The position numbers and the translations under genes were made by a program. The notes under the pieces were generated by a model. The model saw only the letters and a program-made list of their open reading frames with translations, was not told where the DNA came from and ran no database searches. From assembly GCA_001443395.1 (NCBI GenBank), contig LDXK01000001.1, positions 47,426-111,425 of the forward strand: a stretch of DNA of 64,000 nucleotides, read 5' to 3'. Source of the DNA: a candidate division WWE3 bacterium CSP1-7. Lineage in GTDB: Bacteria > Patescibacteriota > WWE3 > 9FT-COMBO-53-11. Numbering within the stretch: the first letter of the stretch is position 1; each line of letters begins with the position of its first letter. Below, one piece after another: positions 8,746-18,189 of this stretch.

Positions 8746-9384
8746 ATGATTAAGAAAATTTTGATCTGGGCAGTTTTAATTTTAGGTCTAGCCGGGGCAA
8801 CCTGGGGAATGGCGAAACTCGCCAGTGCCCCTAGTGGCAAAGCCGCCACTCTGGCAAACGCCGTTTCCGATTCCGACTGGATCAGGGGGAAAAGGGGCGC
8901 CAAGGTTGTGCTAGTGGAGTACAGCGACTTTCAATGCCCGGCCTGCGCCTTTTATGCGCCGATCGTGAACAGTATCATGGAAGAGTTCGGGGACAAAATC
9001 GCTTTTGTATATCGCCACTTCCCGCTCCCCCAACACAAGCAAGCTGAGTTGGCGGCCCGGGCGGCGGAAGCGGCCGGAAAACAAGGCAAGTTCTGGGAAA
9101 TGGCCGATCTGATTTTTGTGAATCAAAAAGACTGGGCCGAAAAAAGCAATGCGCGGGAAACTCTCGTTTCCTACGCTCAACTCCTAAATCTGGATATGAA
9201 TCGATTTGGAACGGAACTGGATTCCGCCGCGGTTAAAAAGGAGATCGAGAGCGATTACCTGAGCGGGGCCGCTATCATCGACTACACTCCCACCTTCTTC
9301 CTGAACGGAGAGAGAATTCAAAATCCCCAGAGCTACGACGCTTTCCGCGAACTCATTATCCAGAAACTCAACCAAAATCCTTAA
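8746..9384 (+). CDS. DsbA-family thiol:disulfide oxidoreductase (thioredoxin fold), membrane-anchored or secreted
   Basis: N-terminal hydrophobic segment and a 'CPAC' active site within a thioredoxin-like region. Confidence 0.75.
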   Translation: MIKKILIWAVLILGLAGATWGMAKLASAPSGKAATLANAVSDSDWIRGKRGAKVVLVEYSDFQCPACAFYAPIVNSIMEEFGDKIAFVYRHFPLPQHKQAELAARAAEAAGKQGKFWEMADLIFVNQKDWAEKSNARETLVSYAQLLNLDMNRFGTELDSAAVKKEIESDYLSGAAIIDYTPTFFLNGERIQNPQSYDAFRELIIQKLNQNP

Positions 9385-9470
9385 GCTCGTCCGCTGAGCG
9401 ATATAGATTATCTCTCCCAATAAAAGGTAAAGTTATAGGAGATGTTACTCAAATCAAGAGGGGGTGATTT

Positions 9471-9950
9471 TTGATGACGAATTGGCAGAAGACAACGCTT
9501 CTCCTCCTGAGGTTAGCCCTGGGTTGGGTTTTCCTCTACGCCGGCCTCACCAAGGTTCTCAGTCCTGATTGGACCGCCGCGGGGTATCTCAAAGGGGCGA
9601 AAACCTTCACCGATCTCTACCAGTGGTTCGCCGCCGACGCCAACATTGGCTGGGTCAGCTTCCTTAACCAGTGGGGACAGGTGCTGATCGGGGCCGCGAT
9701 GATCCTGGGAATAGGAGTCCGAATTGCCTCCTGGGGCGGAGCCCTGATGATGCTTTTGTACTACTTCCCGGTCCTAGTTTTCCCCAAAATCGGGGCGAAC
9801 AGCTACCTGGTGGACGAGCACATCATCTATGCGCTGGTTTTCTTGGTCTTCGGAGCGCTAGGAGCACAGAGCACTTGGGGAGTTTCCGCTTGGCTGAAGA
9901 GCAAGGGTTTGCTCCAAAAACCGGCTTGGTTGGCTAGGATACTGGGTTAG
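9471..9950 (+). CDS. DoxX-family membrane protein
   Basis: Four predicted TM helices and a 'LRLALGWVFLYAGLTK' DoxX N-terminal signature. DoxX genes are often paired with DsbA-like genes. Confidence 0.7.
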   Translation: MMTNWQKTTLLLLRLALGWVFLYAGLTKVLSPDWTAAGYLKGAKTFTDLYQWFAADANIGWVSFLNQWGQVLIGAAMILGIGVRIASWGGALMMLLYYFPVLVFPKIGANSYLVDEHIIYALVFLVFGALGAQSTWGVSAWLKSKGLLQKPAWLARILG

Positions 9951-9956
9951 GAAAAA

Positions 9957-10001
9957 TGGACGGCCGCCTATGGCGACCTAGCATTTTGAAGAAACAAAAT
10001 G
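9957..10001 (+). repeat. Structured intergenic repeat, copy J (TGGACGG-hairpin-CCTAGCAT, then a second hairpin CATTTTG-AAGAAA-CAAAATG containing the ndh ATG)
   Basis: Hairpin 1 GGCCGCC-TAT-GGCGACC. Hairpin 2 pairs CAU with the start AUG. Confidence 0.7.
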
Positions 10002-11168
10002 AAAACAGAAAACATTGTTATCCTGGGCGGGGGCTTTGGTGGTTTTAGGACGGCCCTGAACCTAGAGAGGTCTCTCCGAAGAGATCGCCGGTATCGGATC
10101 ATCCTAATCGATCAGAATACGTTCCACCTGTACACCGCCAGCTTGTACGAGGTGGCGACCGGAGAGCTTTCTCCCCGGTGTGTCCTCCTTCCTTTTCATC
10201 GCTGTCTCGACCACAAAAAAATTGATTTCATTAATGCGACCGCTACCGAGCTCGATCCGGTTAAAAAGATCATCAAAACCAGTTCCGGCGATCAAATCCC
10301 CTACTGGAAGCTGGTTTTCGCTTTGGGAGGTGACACCGAAGATTTCGGCATTCCGGGCGTGACTCAATTCGGCTTGGGGATAAAATCGGTTACCGACGCG
10401 GAGCGGATCCGCCAAAACCTGGCCCGTTGCGCCGTCACCAAGGGACAAGCGGTTAAGGTCGTCGTGGGCGGGGGCGGATTCGCCGGAGTTGAAGTGGCCG
10501 GGGAACTCACCGGATACCGCGGTTGTCCGGTCGAGGTGACGGTGATTGAAGCCGCTCCTCGAATCCTGAGCGGGCTTCCGGAAATAATTTCCAAAACCGT
10601 GTCCCAGAGACTCAATCTTCTCGGAGTAAAAATCACCACCTCCTCGCCCATCAAAGAAGTCGGGTCGGATCGAATCCTTCTCGCCACCGGACGGGAAATC
10701 TCCTACGACGTCTTGATTTGGACGGCCGGGGTGCGGGGATCGCGTTTCCTAAACCCGAATGTTTTTCCGCTCGATAAAAAGAAGGCTCTGGTCGTGGATC
10801 GGTATCTCCGCGTCAAGGGGTTCGAGGATATCTTCGTGGTGGGTGACAACGCCGCCACGGGAGTAGCTTGGACCGCCACCAAAGCTGAGGCGGATGGCAG
10901 GATCGCGGCCCGCAACATCGTCGCCCAGGTTCGCAAAAAGCCCCTGAGGGCTTACCGAGTCTTCGAACCGCCGTTCATTATCCCGGTCGGGAGAAATTGG
11001 GCAATCGCCAAGGTCGGTTCGATGATCTTCTGGGGAAGACCCGCTTCAATCCTCAAAGATTTAGTGCTTTTCAACTACCTGATCAAAATTGTGCCAATTT
11101 GGAAGGCCTGGAAAATCTGGTGGCGGGGGGAATCCGAGGCACTGGAAATCAAGCGGCCCGTTTCCTAA
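9999..11168 (+). CDS. ndh: Type II NADH dehydrogenase / FAD-dependent pyridine nucleotide-disulfide oxidoreductase
   Basis: Two Rossmann dinucleotide-binding motifs ('ILGGGFGG', 'VVGGGGFAG') and an amphipathic C-terminal tail. Confidence 0.75.
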   Translation: MKTENIVILGGGFGGFRTALNLERSLRRDRRYRIILIDQNTFHLYTASLYEVATGELSPRCVLLPFHRCLDHKKIDFINATATELDPVKKIIKTSSGDQIPYWKLVFALGGDTEDFGIPGVTQFGLGIKSVTDAERIRQNLARCAVTKGQAVKVVVGGGGFAGVEVAGELTGYRGCPVEVTVIEAAPRILSGLPEIISKTVSQRLNLLGVKITTSSPIKEVGSDRILLATGREISYDVLIWTAGVRGSRFLNPNVFPLDKKKALVVDRYLRVKGFEDIFVVGDNAATGVAWTATKAEADGRIAARNIVAQVRKKPLRAYRVFEPPFIIPVGRNWAIAKVGSMIFWGRPASILKDLVLFNYLIKIVPIWKAWKIWWRGESEALEIKRPVS

Positions 11169-12625
11169 TCCAACTCGAGGATTTTTAACGCTCCCGCGAT
11201 CCGGCTGACCGTCTTTTCCTTACCCAAAACATCCATGCACTCGAAGAGAGGAGGAGAAACGGCCTGTCCCGTCACGGCAACTCTCAAGAGCATGAATAGT
11301 TCCGGGGCTTTCCACCCTTTTTCTTGGGACAGTCCTCGCGCCTCCTCTTCCAACCGCCCTGTCCTCCAGTCGTCCTCCTTCTCGAATCGGGCCAGAGCCT
11401 CCCTCAGTTTTTCCGCCGCCGATCCGGCCGATCCTCCCTGCTCGGCCAACTCTTCTTTGGTCCAAGCCACATCATTGAAGAAAAATCCCGCCAGGCCTTC
11501 AAACTCCCCCAACTTCTTGATTCTTTCCTTAACCAAAGGCGAAATCTTCTGCAGGATCTCGGGGTCGACGTCTAAACCGCGGTATGTTTTTAGGTATTCT
11601 CCTAACTTTTCCGCAAGCGTTTGATCCCCCAAAGCCCGGATGTATTCCCCATTCATCCAATCAAGTTTCTCTCGATCAAAAACCGGGGCGGTCGGGGAAA
11701 TGCGACGCAAGTCGAGCTTCTCCACCAATTCCTCAATCGAGAAGATCTCCTTCCCTTGCGGATGGGACCAACCCAAAAGCGCCAGGAAATTCAACAGGGC
11801 TTCAGGCAGATATCCTTCTTCCTTAAATTCGAGGATTCCCACCGATCCATGTCGTTTGGAAAGTTTGGCCCGACTCGCTTCCCTCAAGACCGGGAAGTGG
11901 GCAAATTTCGGCGGCTCCCATCCAAAGGCTTGATAAAGCAGAATGTGCTTGGGAGTGGAAGAGATCCATTCCTCGCCACGCAGCACATGAGTTATCCCCA
12001 TTAGATGGTCGTCCACCACCACCGCCAGGTGATAAGTCGGATAGCCGTCCGATTTGATGAGAACCTGATCGTCCAGAACACTGTTCTCAAAGCCGATTTC
12101 GCCACGAATCAAATCGGCAAAAGATGTCCTCCCCTCTTCCGGAACTTTGAGCCTGATGACGAACTTCTCTTTTTTGGCCCGGGCGGCCGCAGCTTTGGGA
12201 TCAATTTTCCGGCAGAATCGGTCATAGCGGGGCGAGAGACCTTTCTTCTGGGCCTGCTGGCGGACCTCCTCCAAACGGGCCTCGCTGCAGAAGCAGTAAT
12301 AGGCGTGGTCGTTTTTGACCAAATCCGCGGCGTGCTCCAGATAGATGGGCAAGCGCTCGGACTGGCGAAGAGGGCCTTCATCCCAACCAAAACCCAACCA
12401 AGTCAACGCCTCCAAGATCTGGCCCTCGGCCTGGGGCAGGAAGCGAGCCCGGTCCGTGTCTTCAATCCTCAAGATAAATTTCCCATGGTTTTGCTTTGCC
12501 CAAGCCCAATTAAAGAGCGCGACATAGGCGGTGCCGACGTGGGGGGCGCCGGTGGGCGAAGGGGCGAGGCGCGTTTTGATCGCCGAAGATTCTTTTTTCG
12601 CCTTCATCTGAAGAAATCTTAACAT
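11165..12625 (-). CDS. gltX: Glutamyl-tRNA synthetase
   Basis: Class I HIGH-type motif 'PSPTGAPHVGTA' and a KMSKS-type 'KLSKRHG'. The start could be the ATG 18 nt downstream (MKAKK). Confidence 0.85.
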   Translation of the reverse strand: MLRFLQMKAKKESSAIKTRLAPSPTGAPHVGTAYVALFNWAWAKQNHGKFILRIEDTDRARFLPQAEGQILEALTWLGFGWDEGPLRQSERLPIYLEHAADLVKNDHAYYCFCSEARLEEVRQQAQKKGLSPRYDRFCRKIDPKAAAARAKKEKFVIRLKVPEEGRTSFADLIRGEIGFENSVLDDQVLIKSDGYPTYHLAVVVDDHLMGITHVLRGEEWISSTPKHILLYQAFGWEPPKFAHFPVLREASRAKLSKRHGSVGILEFKEEGYLPEALLNFLALLGWSHPQGKEIFSIEELVEKLDLRRISPTAPVFDREKLDWMNGEYIRALGDQTLAEKLGEYLKTYRGLDVDPEILQKISPLVKERIKKLGEFEGLAGFFFNDVAWTKEELAEQGGSAGSAAEKLREALARFEKEDDWRTGRLEEEARGLSQEKGWKAPELFMLLRVAVTGQAVSPPLFECMDVLGKEKTVSRIAGALKILELD

Positions 12626-12667
12626 TTTCCCGGAAGAAGAGGGGGGAATTTTGATAGACTTGAGAGG

Positions 12668-13762
12668 ATGAATCTCTACGAATTTGCCGCTTTCGTCCGG
12701 CGGGCCATAATCTACCTCGCGCTGGGAATCGCCGCGGCAGTCATCCTGTACTTTCTCTATAAACTGGCGGTAAACATCTATCTCACCATCTATCCCCCAC
12801 CCGAAACTCCCCCCACGGTGGGGTTCGGAAAACTGCCAAAGCTAAGGCTCCCATCTCTGGAGATTAAAGGAAAACCGGCCTACATTTTGGAAACGGCCAC
12901 CGGCCAGCTGCCGCAGTTCGACGACCGGGCCAATGTGGTGGCGATGAAACCAAGCCAGCCGACGCTTCTAGGAGAACAGAAGGCCCGAGAACTGGCGCGG
13001 GCGCTGGATTTTGGCGGGGAAGGAGACCTGAGCTCCGATAAGAAATTTCTCACTTTCCGAGATGCCACCGACGCCCGCACTCTCACCGTAAATGTCACCA
13101 ACCAAAACTTCACTCTCACCACGACTTTCGCCCGGATCAGCACTCTTCCCAAAGGGTCGGCCCCTTCCGGGCCGGAAGCGATCCAGGAAGCGCGGGATAT
13201 CTTGTCCCGCCTCGGGCTGCAGAAGTTCGGTTTTGAAGCCGGTAACCAAACCACCTCCTTCCGAGTGGCCAACTCACAGGGAATTGCCGCGGCCGGATCG
13301 CTCTCGGAGGCGCATTTCACCGAAGTGGACTTCTTCCGCTCCTTAACTGAAGTCGGTGACCAAAATTACCCGATCGTGCCGACCGATCCCAAGAAAGGCC
13401 TCATCCAAGTTTGGGTGACCACCGGACTTAAGCCGGAAATCAACAACATCCTGGGGGTTACCTACAACGCCCAGGAAACCGAGATCGATAAAACCCAGGT
13501 GGAAACTTATCCCATCGGCGATGTGATGGCGAACTGGGAGGAAATCAAGTCCGGCCAGGGAACGGCTTACGTGGGGTCGGCGGAAGACTTAAGCACCGTC
13601 CAGATCAATTCGATCACCCTAGCGTACTTCGACGATGCCGTCCACCAGAACTATCTGCAGCCGATCTACGTTTTCTCCGGCGTTGCCAAAACCGTTAGCA
13701 ACAAGGAAGTGGAATTCGTGGCTTATTCGCAGGCGGTTTCCGGAGATTGGCTAGAAGAATAA
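12668..13762 (+). CDS. Hypothetical membrane-anchored protein (N-terminal TM helix, large extracytoplasmic domain)
   Basis: Single N-terminal hydrophobic helix followed by a Thr/Ser/Asn-rich domain. No motif was recognised. Confidence 0.4.
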   Translation: MNLYEFAAFVRRAIIYLALGIAAAVILYFLYKLAVNIYLTIYPPPETPPTVGFGKLPKLRLPSLEIKGKPAYILETATGQLPQFDDRANVVAMKPSQPTLLGEQKARELARALDFGGEGDLSSDKKFLTFRDATDARTLTVNVTNQNFTLTTTFARISTLPKGSAPSGPEAIQEARDILSRLGLQKFGFEAGNQTTSFRVANSQGIAAAGSLSEAHFTEVDFFRSLTEVGDQNYPIVPTDPKKGLIQVWVTTGLKPEINNILGVTYNAQETEIDKTQVETYPIGDVMANWEEIKSGQGTAYVGSAEDLSTVQINSITLAYFDDAVHQNYLQPIYVFSGVAKTVSNKEVEFVAYSQAVSGDWLEE

Positions 13763-13764
13763 CG

Positions 13765-15075
13765 TTAGAGGTGGTGATCCACTCGTTTCATATCGCGGGG
13801 GAAGAGGCTGGCTTCCCGAATATTTGCTAGTCCCAAAGTCTGCATCGTCACCCGCTCCGCGCCGATCGCAAATCCCCCGTGAGGTGGCATCCCGTATTTG
13901 AAAGCCTGCAAGTAGAGCTCAAAATCTTTCGGATCATTTCCCCACTTCTTGATATTGGAAACCAGTTTGTCGTACTCGTGAATCCGCTGTCCCCCCGTCA
14001 CCCACTCCAACCCCCGGCCCAGCAGGTCAAAGCTCAGAGTAAGTTCGGAATCATCCGGGTCGGGATGAACATAAAAAGGTCTTTTGGAGGTGGGAAAATG
14101 GGTGATAAAAACCATCTCCGAACCGTGTTTCTTTTTTGCCCATTCGCAAATGTCTTTTTCATCCTCGGGTGAGAGGTCCGGATCGCCACGGACGTCCCGG
14201 CCGGTCTCTTTGAAAATGACTTCCTGCGCCTCTTGCAATTTCAAACGAGGAAAGTGGGTCTTGTAAACCGGCAGCGTGGCCGAATAAAGAGCCATCTCTT
14301 CCTGACAGTTCTCCTTTATCCCCTTGAATATTCCCAAAGTCACTTTTTCGGCCAGGTCCAACAGGTCCGTCCAGTCCTCCAGGAATCCCATCTCGCAATC
14401 CAGGCTCACATACTCGGAGAGGTGGCGGGTTGTTTCGGAAGGTTCGGCCCGAAAGGCTTTGGTAACCGTGAAATCCCTCTCGAAAACTCCCACCATGATC
14501 TGCTTGTAGAGTTGGGGGCTCTGTCCCAAAAAGGCCTTTTTGTCATAGTACTCGACCGGGAAAACCTGCGCTCCCCCCTCGGTAACCGAAGGAACAATCG
14601 TCGGAGCCTGGAACTCGGTAAAATCCAAACCCTTCAGGATCTGGCGAAAGGAACTCACGATCACCTCTTGAACCTTGAAGATCGCTTTTACTTTGGGATG
14701 CCTAAGGGTGAGCGGACGGTAATCCAAGAGAGTCGGGAGTTCCACGTCGAGTTTCTCTTTGGTGATATCAAACGGAAGCTCTTGGGAGTGCGCCAAAACA
14801 TCAATCTTGGAAACTTTCACCTCAACTTTTCCGGTCGGAAGGTGGGGGTTGATATTCTTTTCTCCTCTTTCTTTGACCTCGCCGTTAACCCGAATCACAT
14901 CTTGAACGTTGAGAACGGCGGCATCCTCACCGCAAACGAGCTGGGTAATTCCCGTCCGGTCAATCAAATCGATAAAGATCAGCTTTCCGTGATCGCGGCG
15001 GTTGTAAACCCAACCGGATAGGCAAACTTTTTTTCCAATTTTCTCGGGAGTTTCCGCGGAGAGTGTTCTTTCCAC
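13765..15075 (-). CDS. aspS: Class IIb aminoacyl-tRNA synthetase, most likely archaeal/eukaryotic-type aspartyl-tRNA synthetase (AsnRS not excluded)
   Basis: N-terminal OB-fold anticodon-binding region, motif 2 'FRAEPSETTRHLSEYVSLDCEMGF' and motif 3 'GGFAIGAERVTM'. The ~436 aa length fits AspRS2 and AsnRS. Confidence 0.65.
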   Translation of the reverse strand: MERTLSAETPEKIGKKVCLSGWVYNRRDHGKLIFIDLIDRTGITQLVCGEDAAVLNVQDVIRVNGEVKERGEKNINPHLPTGKVEVKVSKIDVLAHSQELPFDITKEKLDVELPTLLDYRPLTLRHPKVKAIFKVQEVIVSSFRQILKGLDFTEFQAPTIVPSVTEGGAQVFPVEYYDKKAFLGQSPQLYKQIMVGVFERDFTVTKAFRAEPSETTRHLSEYVSLDCEMGFLEDWTDLLDLAEKVTLGIFKGIKENCQEEMALYSATLPVYKTHFPRLKLQEAQEVIFKETGRDVRGDPDLSPEDEKDICEWAKKKHGSEMVFITHFPTSKRPFYVHPDPDDSELTLSFDLLGRGLEWVTGGQRIHEYDKLVSNIKKWGNDPKDFELYLQAFKYGMPPHGGFAIGAERVTMQTLGLANIREASLFPRDMKRVDHHL

Positions 15076-15089
15076 GCTCTAATGATAAC

Positions 15090-16493
15090 TTATCCGCGCA
15101 CCATCTTCTCAATTTCCGAACGGGCCTGTTCGGTTTTGACAAACCGGAGCCAATCCGGCGAGGGTTTCCGGCCTTTGGCCGTAATAATCTCTATCATCTC
15201 ACCGGTTTTGAGCGGGTAATCAAGGGAGACCACCTTGCCGTTTGCCTTGGCGCCGGCGCACTGCCGGCCGATCTGGGTGTGCACCGCAAAGGCAAAATCA
15301 ACCGGGGTCGCGCCCTTCGGCAGAACCTTGACGTCTCCCTTGGGGGTGAATACAAAAACGCGGTCAGGAAAGAGATCCAGCTCTCGGCCCTTCCCCCAGA
15401 CCAAGAGAGACTTGATGATCCTGATCCTCTCCTCAGCGGTAACGTGCCGGTCTCCTTTTTCTTTGTAGATGGAATGCGTCGCCAGGCCATACTCGGCGAC
15501 CTCGTGCATCGGCCCCGTCCGGATCTGGATCTCCACCGGATGCTGATTCACTTCAAAGACCGCGTGGAGAGATTGATAGCCATTGACCTTCGGATTAGCG
15601 ATGTAGTCATCGAAGAGTTCGGGAACCTCCTTCCAAAGCCGGCGGACAATATCCAAAACTCGGTAGCAATTTTCGACTGTATCGGTAACAACCCGCAGTC
15701 CCAACACATCAAAAAGACGGCCGCCGGGATGGCTCTTGTAGCGGGTCATCTTCCGGTAAACTCCAAAGAGGTGCTTGGTGCGGCTGGTGATTTCAACCGG
15801 AATGCTTTGATGATGGAGCTCCGTGGAAATCTTATCGGAAACCAGATCGACAACCCGGGACATTTTTTCGCTCTCCGACCGAACGGCGCTCTTGATACTT
15901 TCAAACTCGCGAGGGTGAAGAATCTCGAATGCCTGGTCCTCCATTTCGGACTTGAATCGGTAGAGCCCCAATATCTCCGCTAGCGGCGCCCAAATGTCAA
16001 AAACTTTCTGGGCGGATATTCTCCGCTCCTCCTCCGTCAGGACCGAGGAAGTGCGCAGGTTGTGGATCTTATCCGCCAGGCGAATTATCATCACCCGCGG
16101 ATCATGAATCGAAGCCAGGATCAGGTGGCGGAGGTTTTCCCAGTCTTTCCCCTTGCCGATTTCCACCCGCCCGCTCGCCGCCCGGACCACTGTCAATCCG
16201 TCAACCAGCGCTGCGATCTCTTCATTGAACTCTTTTGCCAGCATCTGCCGGTCGATGTCGCTCTCTTCGAGAACATCGTGAAGGAGCGCCGCCGCCAACG
16301 TCACCGAATCGACCCGATAATCCGCCAGATAATCGGCGGTTTTGAGAAGATGGGCGATCTCATCCTCGCCGTTCCGGCGCTTCTGCCCCAGGTGAGCCGC
16401 TTCCGCAAAAGCGTAGGCGTGGCGGACCAGATCCAGATCCACACCCTGGTCATACTCTTGATGTTTTTTCAAAAGAGTGTCCAAGTTCACCAT
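15090..16493 (-). CDS. rel: Bifunctional (p)ppGpp synthetase/hydrolase Rel/SpoT homolog (HD + synthetase + TGS; no ACT domain)
   Basis: HD motif 'LLHDVLEES', a RelA_SpoT synthetase region ('GYQSLH', 'EIQIRT') and a TGS domain 'VFTPKGDVKVLPKGATPVDFAF'. Confidence 0.85.
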   Translation of the reverse strand: MVNLDTLLKKHQEYDQGVDLDLVRHAYAFAEAAHLGQKRRNGEDEIAHLLKTADYLADYRVDSVTLAAALLHDVLEESDIDRQMLAKEFNEEIAALVDGLTVVRAASGRVEIGKGKDWENLRHLILASIHDPRVMIIRLADKIHNLRTSSVLTEEERRISAQKVFDIWAPLAEILGLYRFKSEMEDQAFEILHPREFESIKSAVRSESEKMSRVVDLVSDKISTELHHQSIPVEITSRTKHLFGVYRKMTRYKSHPGGRLFDVLGLRVVTDTVENCYRVLDIVRRLWKEVPELFDDYIANPKVNGYQSLHAVFEVNQHPVEIQIRTGPMHEVAEYGLATHSIYKEKGDRHVTAEERIRIIKSLLVWGKGRELDLFPDRVFVFTPKGDVKVLPKGATPVDFAFAVHTQIGRQCAGAKANGKVVSLDYPLKTGEMIEIITAKGRKPSPDWLRFVKTEQARSEIEKMVRG

Positions 16494-16530
16494 TGCAGAA
16501 TAAGCTTAACTCAAAGGTTAACGATTTCAA

Positions 16531-16562
16531 TGGACGGCTCGGCTATGCCGAACCTAGCATTC
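16531..16562 (+). repeat. Structured intergenic repeat, copy F (between rel start and recJ stop)
   Basis: TGGACGG + GGCTCGGC-TAT-GCCGAACC + TAGCATTCC, followed by CATTCC-GGAG-GAATG and ATGTGA (start-stop). Confidence 0.65.
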
Positions 16563-18189
16563 CGGAGGAATGTGAAAGTTTTACATCCCGCGCTTTCAAG
16601 GTGATGCTTTCCTTACCTTGCCAGGATTCAATCTGAGGAGTGTAGGCAAAATCAATGGTCTGGCCGCGAGCCAACGGTTGGGTGGCGTTAAACCACAAAA
16701 CCTCAAATCCCGGGGCGACCCCCAGCTTGAGGTGGTTCTTCCCGCGCCCCACTTTTTTGACCTGTAAAACAGTTGCGCCCTCGGCCAGAAAAACCGGTTC
16801 GGGATTATCAACTCCGTGAGGAGAGAAATCCTGCAGTTCTTTAACCAACCCGGAATCAATCATCTCCAACGGAAGGGGGAAGTCAATCTTGAGAACGGGA
16901 CGCGGGTCTAGTTTTGACAATTCCGGGTCGGCGTTTTTACGGACGGTTTTTATAAACTCTTCCAGTTTCTCGGTTCTGATCGTAAAACCGGCGGCGGCGG
17001 CGTGACCGCCAACATCCTCCAATAATTTGCCCGCTCCGCGCAAAACATCCACAATATTTAAACCGTTAACCGAACGGGCGGAGCCTTTGGAGAAATCCTT
17101 GCCTTGGGAGATCACGATCGCCGGCCGACCGTACTCCTCGACAATTTTGCCGGCTACCAAACCGATGATTCCCTCATGCCAGGAATCGTGATGGATGACA
17201 ATCAGTCCTTCCTCGCCCTCTACCAATCCCTTGGCGTGGTCGAAGGTATGCACCGTCAGTTCCTGCCTCTCGGTGTTGACTCGATTGAGAACCTGAGCCA
17301 GCTGGTGAGCCCGGGTAGGATCGGTAGTGCACAGGAGGCGCAGCGCCTCAATCCCGTGTTTGAGCCGGCCGACCGCATTGATCCGCGGGCCAAACACCCA
17401 TCCCGCCGCGTAGCTTCCCAGTGTTCCCGGCTTAAGGCCGGCAATCTCCGCCAGAGCCAGCAGGCCGGGACGCTCCAACCGGTTAAGCACCTCAAATCCG
17501 GATCTCACCAGCGAGCGGTTCGCTCCCAGAAGCGGCTGCAGATCCGCCACCGTGGCGATCGCCACGAGATCAAGACTAGGGTCTAGGGAATAGGGTTTAG
17601 GGGGTAGCTGAGATGCCAGCAACCAGGCGATGCCGGTGCCGCAGAGGGCAGTGGTGTGGACAATGGCGTAGGCCTTCGGTAATTTTCGGGGTTTGAGGTG
17701 GTGGTCGGTGATGATCAGATCAGCTCCCAATTCTTTGATCAGGTCCGCCTCCGCCCCGGCCGTTATTCCGGAGTCGACTGTGATAATCAAACGGCAACCC
17801 TCCCCCACCAGTTTTTTGATTGCGGCGGCGCCCAGGCCGTACCCCTCCTCAAAACGGTCGGGAATGTGGGGAAGGGCTTTTGCCCCCAGTCCGTACAACG
17901 TTTGCCACAGAACCGCGGTGGCGCAGATACCATCCACATCGTAGTCCCCCCAGACAATAATCTTCTCCCCTTTTTGAATGGCGGTTTTGATTCGAGAAAC
18001 AGCGCGGTTGAGCTGGTCTTGATCAAGATCGGAAAAATACTTGGCGGATTGGGCAATCAGATCGCTTGGTTTGGGAGGGGTGAAGAATTCCTCCTGGTTC
18101 TTGATTCCCCTATTACCGAGAAGAGTTCTTTTGATTTCTTCCAGATTATCCGGCTTCCGGTCGCTAACCAATTCCCATCGTTTTTTCAT
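16543..18189 (-). CDS. recJ: Single-stranded-DNA-specific exonuclease RecJ
   Basis: DHH motifs 'VWGDYDVDG' and 'ITDHH', followed by a DHHA1-like region. Confidence 0.85.
   Translation of the reverse strand: MKKRWELVSDRKPDNLEEIKRTLLGNRGIKNQEEFFTPPKPSDLIAQSAKYFSDLDQDQLNRAVSRIKTAIQKGEKIIVWGDYDVDGICATAVLWQTLYGLGAKALPHIPDRFEEGYGLGAAAIKKLVGEGCRLIITVDSGITAGAEADLIKELGADLIITDHHLKPRKLPKAYAIVHTTALCGTGIAWLLASQLPPKPYSLDPSLDLVAIATVADLQPLLGANRSLVRSGFEVLNRLERPGLLALAEIAGLKPGTLGSYAAGWVFGPRINAVGRLKHGIEALRLLCTTDPTRAHQLAQVLNRVNTERQELTVHTFDHAKGLVEGEEGLIVIHHDSWHEGIIGLVAGKIVEEYGRPAIVISQGKDFSKGSARSVNGLNIVDVLRGAGKLLEDVGGHAAAAGFTIRTEKLEEFIKTVRKNADPELSKLDPRPVLKIDFPLPLEMIDSGLVKELQDFSPHGVDNPEPVFLAEGATVLQVKKVGRGKNHLKLGVAPGFEVLWFNATQPLARGQTIDFAYTPQIESWQGKESITLKARDVKLSHSSGMLGSA

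Noticed and set aside
9957-9984. Interpreting the TTGGAC ... TAGCAT element as a sigma70 promoter (-35 TTGGAC, -10 TAGCAT)
   Set aside because: The distance between the two boxes varies from 13 to 20 nt among copies. Copies occur in both orientations relative to adjacent genes and in convergent and 3' regions. The central part shows compensatory stem changes, which a promoter spacer would not need.
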